Shown here: piece by piece, positions 41,922-50,502 of the stretch
How positions within the stretch are numbered: the stretch's first letter is position 1
Layout: each line of letters begins with the position of its first letter
Origin: Candidatus Peregrinibacteria bacterium GW2011_GWF2_43_17
GTDB lineage: Bacteria > Patescibacteriota > Gracilibacteria > UBA1369 > UBA12470
Direction: 5' to 3'
Assembly (NCBI GenBank): GCA_000999315.1
Contig: LCFW01000003.1
Span: forward strand, 20,686-84,685
DNA length: 64,000 bases
Position numbers and translations under genes: made by a program
Notes under the pieces: generated by a model
The model's input: the letters and a program-made list of their open reading frames with translations, nothing else
Told to the model about the DNA's origin: nothing
Databases searched by the model: none

Positions 41922-42699
41922 AGCGAAAAAAAACTTGGGACAGAATTTTCTTACGAATAAAGAAACTCTCGCGGAAATAATTACTGCGGCAAACATAAAA
42001 CCAACCGATCAAATAATCGAAATCGGTCCGGGACACGGAGTATTAACCACCGAACTCGTCAAAAAAGCCGAGCACGTCACGGCGATCGAGCTTGATCCGG
42101 ATTTAATTCCGGAGCTCAAAGTGGAATTCCTGAACACGAAAAATTTCGACCTGATACACGGAAACGCTCTCGACTTCACCCCTCCGAAAACACCGTACAA
42201 ACTTGTCGCCAACATCCCCTATTACATCACCTCTCCGATAATAAATCACTTTTTGCGCGAACAACCGTCGAAAATGCGCCCAACTCAAATCGTACTTTTG
42301 GTTCAAAAAGAGGTCGCGGAAAAAATCTGCGCAAAAGAAGGAGATTTTAGTGTTCTCTCTCTGCAAGTACGCCTTTTCGGCACACCAACGATAATCGCGA
42401 AAGTCCCGGCGGAACATTTCTCCCCCGCCCCGAAAGTTGATTCCGCAATCTTAAAAATCGACATACAAAACCCGCGAATGAATGAAACCGAAATCATGAA
42501 GTTTTTCAAAATAGTGCACGTCGGATTTTCACACAAAAGAAAAAAACTGATAAACAACCTGTCGCAACTCGCGAACGTAAACAAGGAAAATTTGAAAACA
42601 ACCTTCGCAAAACTCAAACTCGATGAAAACTTAAGAGCCGAACATCTGACGACAAAAGAGTGGCTGGACTTGCTAAAAAGCCTGGGTATGGTATTGTAA
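41914..42699 (+). CDS. rsmA: 16S rRNA dimethyladenosine transferase
   Basis: KKNLGQNFL, EIGPGHG, ANIPYYIT, PAPKVDS. Confidence 0.97.
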   Translation: MLKAKKNLGQNFLTNKETLAEIITAANIKPTDQIIEIGPGHGVLTTELVKKAEHVTAIELDPDLIPELKVEFLNTKNFDLIHGNALDFTPPKTPYKLVANIPYYITSPIINHFLREQPSKMRPTQIVLLVQKEVAEKICAKEGDFSVLSLQVRLFGTPTIIAKVPAEHFSPAPKVDSAILKIDIQNPRMNETEIMKFFKIVHVGFSHKRKKLINNLSQLANVNKENLKTTFAKLKLDENLRAEHLTTKEWLDLLKSLGMVL

Positions 42700-42718
42700 G
42701 CGGCCTTAACTTTATATT

Positions 42719-43657
42719 ATGAGTACTGCGCTTGAATCGGAAGTATATCCGCATAATCCGAACATGCTCGAAAAATTCCAAGCCGCTTTGGCGAAAGTGG
42801 TCGACAGATTGGAACAAAGAACGGAAATCGATAGAAATAATTTATACGAATTGCCTCGGACTTTGCGCACAACGGTTGAAAATTTGGCAACAAGTTATCA
42901 GGCAAGCGAACAAAGAGCGATAAACGCCGCCAAGACTTACCCGGAAAAAACGGCTCCGGCGGAAAATGATTTGCATTCACTGCCTTCTCCAAGAGATGTC
43001 ACCACCGAACTCAACAAGTTGGGAACGAACAAATTGGCAACGATCAGACACGATTTAAGAGAATTCCGAGCGCAATTCGACATAAGCGCGAATCAAACAC
43101 GCATCAGAGTCGAAATCGGCACCATCCCCGGTGCAATAATAGGAATTTTCCAAACGGAAACTGCAATACAAACAACAATACTGGCGGAACTGCTAAACGT
43201 TCTGGATTTGATAATAGAAACATGCACCAATATAATAAAAACAAGAAAAACAGACGCCATAACAACGAGACTCGCGGAATTGGACAGAATTGAAACTCGC
43301 CAACTTAAAGGCGCGATCAGCTATGTACGATTACATAACGGAGCTAAAATCTTCGACGCGCTCGATGCCGCTTTAATGGCATTTGCAAACGTAAGACTTA
43401 GCTCGTACATTACGAATCAAGGCGGGAAACCCGCAATAACAATTTACGACAGAGAAGGTGAAAAAGTCGTCCCCTACCCGATCCAAGTCGCCCTCCCGAA
43501 ACTCGCAAAAGCTCTCGGCGAAGAAGAAGGTCGCACGGAAATCGAACAATATCTGCGCCACATATTCGGACTGCCGAATGCAACGCCACCTCACAGCGCA
43601 AACAAAGAAGCATTCGAGGAAGAAATGGAACTAAGGCTCCAAGCGATCGGCCTTTAA
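42719..43657 (+). CDS. hypothetical protein
   Basis: 312-aa ORF, helical character, no recognised motif. Confidence 0.7.
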   Translation: MSTALESEVYPHNPNMLEKFQAALAKVVDRLEQRTEIDRNNLYELPRTLRTTVENLATSYQASEQRAINAAKTYPEKTAPAENDLHSLPSPRDVTTELNKLGTNKLATIRHDLREFRAQFDISANQTRIRVEIGTIPGAIIGIFQTETAIQTTILAELLNVLDLIIETCTNIIKTRKTDAITTRLAELDRIETRQLKGAISYVRLHNGAKIFDALDAALMAFANVRLSSYITNQGGKPAITIYDREGEKVVPYPIQVALPKLAKALGEEEGRTEIEQYLRHIFGLPNATPPHSANKEAFEEEMELRLQAIGL

Positions 43658-45097
43658 TCTGATTTCGAATTGCTTGGTCGCACCTTTGGGCAACAATGTT
43701 CCGTCGTTAATTCTGGATTTGGAACCGACATAAATATCCTTGATGTTAACATATCCTCGCTTACCACTTCGTTGCGTCAAAGAAACATACCCGTTCAATC
43801 TGCGAAGAACTTTCGCCATGCTTAGAAGCCCTTTACCGGACCCCGAAGATAAATCATCTCCATTAGCTACAATTCTGCTGTCAAAAAGAGCGTCTAGCTT
43901 ATCATCGGGGAAAGGGGCGATATTGTCGGCGATTTTAATTACAACATTTTGACCGTCGAAAGAAATATCAATATCCATCCACGAATTCCTGGGACGAGAA
44001 GCCGGCGTACCGCACTGCCAGAACTTCTCTTCACAGCCTCTTTGAAAATTCACCACGAAATTTCTAAGAACACTATGCAACCATCCGGTCGGGACCTTAA
44101 CGGTAACCCCTTCCGGAACATTCACGACCACTCGATTATGAGTACCTTCGAGATATTGAAACCGCTCAAAAAACGCTTTCACATCCACATCTTCATGGAA
44201 TCCGCCGACCTCGAATCCTTGCTTTAAAATTCCGATTTGTTCCCCGACAAAAGCAACCAGCTTCTTTCGTTTTCGTTCTTTTCTTCGTTGCGCGACATCG
44301 GTATCACCATCACTCAACCCCTCATCAAACGCACTTAACGCATTTCTAAGGTCGTGCAAAAAATCCGCCATTACAAAATTCCCAAACTCTCTCATGCCGG
44401 CAGTTCGCACGAGAAATAATCCTATCTTTGAATTGGTAAATCTTTTTAAAAATTCAACATCGGCATTCTCGCTATCACCGATCTTTGAAAAAAACTTTTT
44501 GAGAACGGAAAACCACCGTTTGCCGATTTCAGGTGATGCAAAAGCGATTTCAGTAGTATCGTCCAAAATAACACCCTCCACGTAATTGAGAAAATCTCTT
44601 GCAGACAAATCGAATGTGGAAGGTTCGCCAAGATGTTGAACCTTCTGTCCCCCGATTAAACAAGCGGCTACCGGCAATTCACTCGAAGAAGTAACCCTTG
44701 TACCATTTAACACAAATGCTAGACCGACATCAATCAGTCGCTTAAAAATAGCGAGTCTGAATGGCTTGCTCAAATAAACCATTTGAACATCGGTACCGCA
44801 CGGCAATAACACAACATCACCATAATTCGACCCACTGATTACAATTAGCATCAATCTTCGACGAGTAACCTTGGTAATTTCCGCAACAATATCCCTTCGA
44901 ACCATTTCCCCCAAATCCCAAACCGCAATGTCGGGACTGACATCACCTTTTTCGATACCATCCATCGCTTGAAAATAACTTTCGGCGGAACAAACATCTA
45001 AAGACACCGGCAATGTCGCTAAAAACTCTTCCAGCATCTCCCGAAGATCACAATCATCCTCCACCACCAGTATTGTTGTCGGTTTTTCGCCCACCAT
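43631..45097 (-). CDS. receiver domain + histidine kinase-like hybrid
   Basis: ILVVEDD, WDL, KPF receiver motifs; HDLRNAL H-box, N-box, GSGKGL; start taken at ATG 45097. Confidence 0.75.
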   Translation of the reverse strand: MVGEKPTTILVVEDDCDLREMLEEFLATLPVSLDVCSAESYFQAMDGIEKGDVSPDIAVWDLGEMVRRDIVAEITKVTRRRLMLIVISGSNYGDVVLLPCGTDVQMVYLSKPFRLAIFKRLIDVGLAFVLNGTRVTSSSELPVAACLIGGQKVQHLGEPSTFDLSARDFLNYVEGVILDDTTEIAFASPEIGKRWFSVLKKFFSKIGDSENADVEFLKRFTNSKIGLFLVRTAGMREFGNFVMADFLHDLRNALSAFDEGLSDGDTDVAQRRKERKRKKLVAFVGEQIGILKQGFEVGGFHEDVDVKAFFERFQYLEGTHNRVVVNVPEGVTVKVPTGWLHSVLRNFVVNFQRGCEEKFWQCGTPASRPRNSWMDIDISFDGQNVVIKIADNIAPFPDDKLDALFDSRIVANGDDLSSGSGKGLLSMAKVLRRLNGYVSLTQRSGKRGYVNIKDIYVGSKSRINDGTLLPKGATKQFEIRLKADRLEP

Positions 45098-45193
45098 CCC
45101 CGATTTATGATATAAAAGAACCGCATTATACACCCAAAGACGATTTTGTCCAGAGCTAGTTCCGATAAGAATCGGTGGTTCGGATCGCCAAAA

Positions 45194-46069
45194 TCAAATG
45201 GCTTTTTGCAATTCCTTCGCCATCTTCTTAACCGCATCCCGAGCGGCATCTTTATAACCGTCCGGACCATGTTTCGATCCTTCATAAGCAAAAATTATTC
45301 CCCTGCTTGAATTAACAATCGCACCAAGGCCATCTTTATTGAAACAAGGCTTAACATCGACCACACCACCACCCTGCGCTCCATATCCCGGCACCAAAAA
45401 GATCGTTTTTGGCATTATTTTTCGAAGAACCCTGGCTTGATCCGGGAATGTCGCCCCGACGACTGCTCCAACGCTCGAATATCCGCTCTCGGAAATCTCA
45501 TCTGCGCCCCATGATTCAACAAAATGACCCATCATCTCGTAAACTTTCAACTTCCCGTCAGGTATCACGACTTCGCAATCTTGCAGTTCACCCGATGATT
45601 TGTTTGAAGTTTTTACCAAAACAAAAATCCCCTTCCCGTATTTCTTACAAGCCTCGATAAACGGCTTAACCCCGTCATATCCCAAGTATGGAGTAACCGT
45701 CACCGCATCCGCCTTAACCGCGCCGCCGCTCAAAAAAGCCTCGGCATAACCTTCCGCCGTAGACCCAATATCGTTTCGTTTCGCATCGGCGATAACAAGC
45801 AACCCTTTCGACTGCGCATATTCGCAAGTTTTTTCAAAAGCGGCATACCCTCCCGACCCATATTGTTCATAAAAAGCTATTTGCGGTTTCACAACCGGCA
45901 CCAAATCGGCAACGGCATCAATTATCCCCTTATTAAATTCGAGAAAAGTTTCCGCCGGGCTCCCTTTTTTCACGCAAGTCGGCATCTGCGCCATACGAGG
46001 ATCCAGCCCGACACAAATCGGATTACCTTTCGCTTTTATTGCCGCAATTAATTTGTCTGCAAAATTCAT
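45194..46069 (-). CDS. pyrF: orotidine-5'-phosphate decarboxylase
   Basis: CVGLDP, KPQIAFYE, DAKRNDIGST, PGYGAQGG. Confidence 0.96.
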   Translation of the reverse strand: MNFADKLIAAIKAKGNPICVGLDPRMAQMPTCVKKGSPAETFLEFNKGIIDAVADLVPVVKPQIAFYEQYGSGGYAAFEKTCEYAQSKGLLVIADAKRNDIGSTAEGYAEAFLSGGAVKADAVTVTPYLGYDGVKPFIEACKKYGKGIFVLVKTSNKSSGELQDCEVVIPDGKLKVYEMMGHFVESWGADEISESGYSSVGAVVGATFPDQARVLRKIMPKTIFLVPGYGAQGGGVVDVKPCFNKDGLGAIVNSSRGIIFAYEGSKHGPDGYKDAARDAVKKMAKELQKAI

Positions 46070-46081
46070 ATGAGTTACGAG

Positions 46082-46735
46082 TTACAGGTTAAGCCCTACC
46101 CTACCTCCCCACTCCCCCGGATTCGCCTTGAACTCCTTTATCACCTCGACCTTATCCGCCAGAATATCACCCCTTTCCGCCGCCAACCCTATCAAATCCG
46201 TAAAACCGGTCAAATTCGTCAAATTCACATTGCCTTCCTTAAATGCCGCTATCGCTTTCGGCATCTCCCAACTTACAATCGCAAAAATATCCGCCACCTC
46301 GCACTTCCCCTCTTTTCTGACAACCTCGGCAACTTTTACACTACTTCTACCGGTCGAAATCAAATCCTCAACAATCAAAACTCGACTCCCTTCTTTCAAA
46401 TCACCTTCGATTTGCTTCCCGGCACCATGAGCCTTCGGCTCGGGACGAATATAAATCATCGGTTTTTTAAGCTCATAAGCCAAAAATGCCGCCCACGGAA
46501 TCGCCGCAGTCGCAGTCCCGCCGATATAATCCGGCTCCAACCCTTTTTCTTTTATTTTTTCTTTAAAAGCTTTAACAATCAAATCTCTGCCCTCAACATG
46601 CGAAATCATCATTCTGTTATCGCAATAAACGGGAGCCTTAATTCCTGAAACCCAAGTAAACGGAGGATCGATACGAACCTTAACGGCACCGATATCGAGA
46701 AGAGCGGTCGCAACTTTTCTAGAAATGTTTTCCAT
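46082..46735 (-). CDS. pyrE: orotate phosphoribosyltransferase
   Basis: FTWVSGIKAPVYCDNR, VEDLISTG PRPP motif. Confidence 0.96.
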   Translation of the reverse strand: MENISRKVATALLDIGAVKVRIDPPFTWVSGIKAPVYCDNRMMISHVEGRDLIVKAFKEKIKEKGLEPDYIGGTATAAIPWAAFLAYELKKPMIYIRPEPKAHGAGKQIEGDLKEGSRVLIVEDLISTGRSSVKVAEVVRKEGKCEVADIFAIVSWEMPKAIAAFKEGNVNLTNLTGFTDLIGLAAERGDILADKVEVIKEFKANPGEWGGRVGLNL

Positions 46736-46738
46736 AAT

Positions 46739-47566
46739 TTACCAGTTAATTTTAAGTCCCACGTTATCCCGATGCCACTTCGCCAAGCCGCTGATTTTTC
46801 TCGCCATCTCCCCTCTCATTACCGGCCCTTTTTTGCAAACAGGCACACCCAAACCGTCAACACAACAATTCCCGCACACACCGGTCCCACACTTCATATA
46901 TCTTTCAATCGAAACCTCTATCGGCACATCAGCTTTCTCGCAAATATCCATCGCGGATTTCATCATAACCTCGGGCCCGCAAGTAGCCACGAAAAGCTCT
47001 GCGATTCCGTGGCCATCAGATGAGCCGTTTTGTTCCGCAAGAAGTTTCTCTAAAATCAACGTATTATACCCCTTCATGCCAACACTTCCGTCATCAGTCG
47101 CAATATGCAAGCTCACGTTTTCCATTTTTGAAATCATCTCGGTATACAAAAGTAAATCTTTGTTCTTCGCACCAACGATAAACTCAACTTTGCACCCATT
47201 CTTGACAGACTCGTGAGCCAAAAAATACAAAGGCGCCGCGCCATAACCTCCGGCAAGAAGAACGATATGTTTGTTTTTCAAAACCGTATATCCGTTCCCA
47301 TAAGGCCCCCTCACCCCCAACTTTGAACCTTTAACGAAATCTTTATGTAATTTTTTCGTAAAAGGTCCGACCGCCGCAATCGTCAGCCAAAACTCCTTAT
47401 CGTCGCAATAAGCCACAGAAAACGGCTTTTCGTCCACGCGAGGCATCCATACATTCACAAACTGCCCCGGCTTCGCCCCCAAATTGCCTTTGAAAATATA
47501 AGTTTTCACCATCGGATTCTCCATCCTCACCTCCACGATTTTCAGCACTCTTGGAATATCGTTCAT
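46739..47566 (-). CDS. pyrK: dihydroorotate dehydrogenase electron transfer subunit
   Basis: PGQF, RGPYGNG, CGPEVMM, MKCGTGVCGNC 2Fe-2S motif. Confidence 0.94.
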   Translation of the reverse strand: MNDIPRVLKIVEVRMENPMVKTYIFKGNLGAKPGQFVNVWMPRVDEKPFSVAYCDDKEFWLTIAAVGPFTKKLHKDFVKGSKLGVRGPYGNGYTVLKNKHIVLLAGGYGAAPLYFLAHESVKNGCKVEFIVGAKNKDLLLYTEMISKMENVSLHIATDDGSVGMKGYNTLILEKLLAEQNGSSDGHGIAELFVATCGPEVMMKSAMDICEKADVPIEVSIERYMKCGTGVCGNCCVDGLGVPVCKKGPVMRGEMARKISGLAKWHRDNVGLKINW

Positions 47567-47567
47567 A

Positions 47568-48509
47568 TTATTTCTTTAAAGCTTTTCCAACTATGTTTTG
47601 CAAATTTGCCACCTTGTTCTCAACCATCCATTCTTCAATCTCGGCAACAACGCTCGAGAAAACCTCGACACCTCGATAATAAACACCGGCTCCGATTCCA
47701 ACCAAACTCGCCCCGGCCATCATAAACTCAATCACGTCTCTGCCGGTCATAACACCACCCATACCGATAATCGGAATCTTCACGGCACTCGCTGTGTCCC
47801 AAACCTTCTTCACGGCAAGCGGCTTAATCCCCGGCCCGCTCACGCCACCAACTTTATTCGCCAAAATCGGCTCCGCAGTATCAATATCTATCACCATCCC
47901 CGGTCCAAAAGTATTCGCAACGGTAAGCCCCTCCGCACCACTCGCCTCGCAAGCTTTCGCAATCTCGCCGATATTTCCAACATTCGGAGAAAGCTTCACG
48001 ATCACGGGAATTTTACCCGCATTTTTCTTAACAATTTCTGTCGCCGCACCGGCAGAAATCGCACAATGCGCAAACGGTCGACCAAACTCATCCTCAACAT
48101 TCGGACAAGAAATATTCACTTCTATAATGTCCGGTCCTATTTGTCGCATACCTTTCGCAATCTCGGCAAAATCTTTAATCGAACCCGCAACTATATTCCC
48201 AATCAAAGGCACTTGTTTTTCTTCGGGCTGAGACTCGTTCCACTCCATATATTTTTTCAACTCCTCACGCGCTTTTTCAATACCTCCATCAGGCAATCCG
48301 ACCGCGTTTATATAAAAATTCTGCGTCCCCATCATGACTGGCCCGGGATGCCCGTCGTGACGCGTCAACCAAACGGATTTGGAAGTCACGCCGCCGGCAC
48401 CATTTATAACCACGTTTTTAAGCGAATCCCCCACAACACCCAAAATGCCCGATGCGAGTACCGTCGGGTTAGGGAAAGTAACGCCGCAAAAGTTTATTGT
48501 CATGTTCAT
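47568..48509 (-). CDS. pyrD: dihydroorotate dehydrogenase (family 1B)
   Basis: NPTVLASG, EVNISCPN, VKLSPN, GGVSGP; start 48509 or 48503. Confidence 0.95.
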   Translation of the reverse strand: MNMTINFCGVTFPNPTVLASGILGVVGDSLKNVVINGAGGVTSKSVWLTRHDGHPGPVMMGTQNFYINAVGLPDGGIEKAREELKKYMEWNESQPEEKQVPLIGNIVAGSIKDFAEIAKGMRQIGPDIIEVNISCPNVEDEFGRPFAHCAISAGAATEIVKKNAGKIPVIVKLSPNVGNIGEIAKACEASGAEGLTVANTFGPGMVIDIDTAEPILANKVGGVSGPGIKPLAVKKVWDTASAVKIPIIGMGGVMTGRDVIEFMMAGASLVGIGAGVYYRGVEVFSSVVAEIEEWMVENKVANLQNIVGKALKK

Positions 48510-48624
48510 CAAAAAAGACTTTATTGGAAAACAGATTTAAAGTCAAAATTTGCCACATATCAACGAAAGGGCGGCTCATCAAATTCGAGATCATCTTTCG
48601 AACCTTCGCTTATAGGTTCTTGCC

Positions 48625-49911
48625 CTATACAACCTTCCCTCCGCAAACCACTTTCTCCGGCCACCCGACCAACTTCCACCCATCATAAGGCGACCAACCA
48701 CACTTGGTAGCATATCCATCCGAACCGACAACTCCCTCTTTTGACATATCAACAACCACCAAATCAGCATCGTACCCGGCCTTCACAAACCCCTTTCCGA
48801 CAAGCCCGAAAATCTCCGCCGGCTTTTCACACATCGCCTCAACCATCCTCTCAAGCGACAATTCGCCATGATTAACGGCATCAAGCATTAACGGGAGTAA
48901 AGTCTCAAGTCCCGGCACGCCGGATGGAGCCTCCAAATAAGGTTTTTTCTTCTCATCCAATGTATGCGGAGCATGATCGGTCACGACGATATCAATTAAC
49001 CCACTCTTGAGAGCAGACCACATCGCCAGCCTATCCTCTTCACTGCGTATCGGCGGATTTATTTTCACGAAATTGCAGTCATAATAAGTCACGGAATCGC
49101 TTCGCTTCCCGTGACTGGCATAAGCATCCTTATTCAAAAACAGATGATGCGTCGCAACTTCGGCGGTTATATTTTTATCTTTAAATTTCTTCAAAGCCTC
49201 CATCTCTTTTTTCGTACTCACATGGGCAATATGCAACTTAGTCCCATGCTTTTTCGCCAAGTGCAAAGCTTTTTTAATCGCGATATAAACCGTTTCATCA
49301 TCACGAATCAAAGAGTGCACGGAAGGACTTAAATCGCCCTCAAACTCTTTTTTTCTTTGCTCGATTCTCGCCTCATCTTCGGCATGAACTACTAACGGCA
49401 AACCTTTCGCAAACGCAAAAATCTTCTCCAAATCCGCATCATCACCAACCACCAACCCACCTGTAGATTTACTCATAAACAATTTAACACCACAAGCATC
49501 TTTCGCCTTCTTGAGCTCGACCAAATTATCCCCGGTAGCCGCAATAAAAAATTTGTGGCCGCATTTCATACGTCCTTTCGCCAATTTATATTTAGCGGCA
49601 AGCCTCTCCGCAGTATCAATCGAAGGATTGTTGTTCGGCATATCAAGAACCGTCGTAACTCCACCCTTCAAAGCCGCACTTGAACCGGTTTCAAAATCTT
49701 CTTTATGCGTCGCACCGGGCTCTCGCAGATGCACATGCGCGTCAATCACACCGGGGATGATAAACTTGCCTTTGCAATCTATGATTTTTGCATCTTTATC
49801 TGAAATTTTCGCGGAAACTTTGACGATTTTCCCACCTTCAACCAAAACATCAGCCTTGAGTTTGCCTTTCGAGCTAACAACTGTGCCATTTTTTAAAAGA
49901 AGTTTCTTCAT
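48625..49911 (-). CDS. pyrC: dihydroorotase
   Basis: DAHVHLREPG, DMPN, TDHAPH; start 49911 or 49920. Confidence 0.93.
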   Translation of the reverse strand: MKKLLLKNGTVVSSKGKLKADVLVEGGKIVKVSAKISDKDAKIIDCKGKFIIPGVIDAHVHLREPGATHKEDFETGSSAALKGGVTTVLDMPNNNPSIDTAERLAAKYKLAKGRMKCGHKFFIAATGDNLVELKKAKDACGVKLFMSKSTGGLVVGDDADLEKIFAFAKGLPLVVHAEDEARIEQRKKEFEGDLSPSVHSLIRDDETVYIAIKKALHLAKKHGTKLHIAHVSTKKEMEALKKFKDKNITAEVATHHLFLNKDAYASHGKRSDSVTYYDCNFVKINPPIRSEEDRLAMWSALKSGLIDIVVTDHAPHTLDEKKKPYLEAPSGVPGLETLLPLMLDAVNHGELSLERMVEAMCEKPAEIFGLVGKGFVKAGYDADLVVVDMSKEGVVGSDGYATKCGWSPYDGWKLVGWPEKVVCGGKVV

Positions 49912-49977
49912 CACCTTCATTTGATAACAAAAAACCCGCATTGTCACGTTTTTACCAATCGTTTTCCATGACAACTT

Positions 49978-50495
49978 TCAAAATCGTTGCGCAATCTGTT
50001 CCATTAGGCAGTGTTCACATATATTTTTTGCAGATGGAAGCTACAGATTTTGTGCAGTTCAAGGCACGACGACGAAGTGATACTGGAAAGTATTACAAGG
50101 AGGAGTCCCTTCGGGTTGAAACATAACATATCTATCTTCTGTGTTACTCGTCGTTTCTGTACCTTTTAGGTACTGCGCACTCCTCGTGTCGTGAATCCAG
50201 ACATGTTATGCGCCAAACCATCGTAAAAAATATATGTGAACACTGCCTAGATATCTCCGAATCTCATCGGGGTCGTCAATCGCGGGCAAGTGTCCGCGAC
50301 TCAATCCATCCAACCTGTTCAAAGCCTCCCTGCAACAAGAAATTACTTCTTCGGGATCATCAATCTCTTCAAAAAGAATCGCGCCGGTTAACACCGAAGC
50401 GGTCTTTGTCGAGCACTATCGGCAAGAAGCACTTCCAACCGTGTGCGCATAGTCTCAAGATAATCGGCTTGCCCAACTTCATCAGGATACTCCAT
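49978..50495 (-). pseudogene. small gene (~91 aa reconstructed) disrupted by a frameshift and a MITE insertion
   Basis: TATAAT 6 nt before ATG 50495; frame shifts near 50400-50415; removing 50007-50249 joins ...RRYL to MEQIAQRF-stop in frame. Confidence 0.5.
50007..50247. mobile_element. MITE-like element, 241 bp, with nested inverted sub-element
   Basis: perfect 23-bp TIR GGCAGTGTTCACATATATTTTTT, TA on both flanks; inner IR at 50122-50210. Confidence 0.8.
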
Positions 50496-50502
50496 GCCCC
50501 GA

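Noticed and set aside
46070..48710. Long plus-strand ORFs (192, 163 and 370 aa) and similar shadow ORFs elsewhere
   Set aside because: They lie antisense to well-supported genes and have no motifs; they are codon-bias shadows.
50105..50130. GTTGAAAC resembling a CRISPR repeat end
   Set aside because: No regularly spaced repeats or cas genes; it lies inside the MITE-like element.
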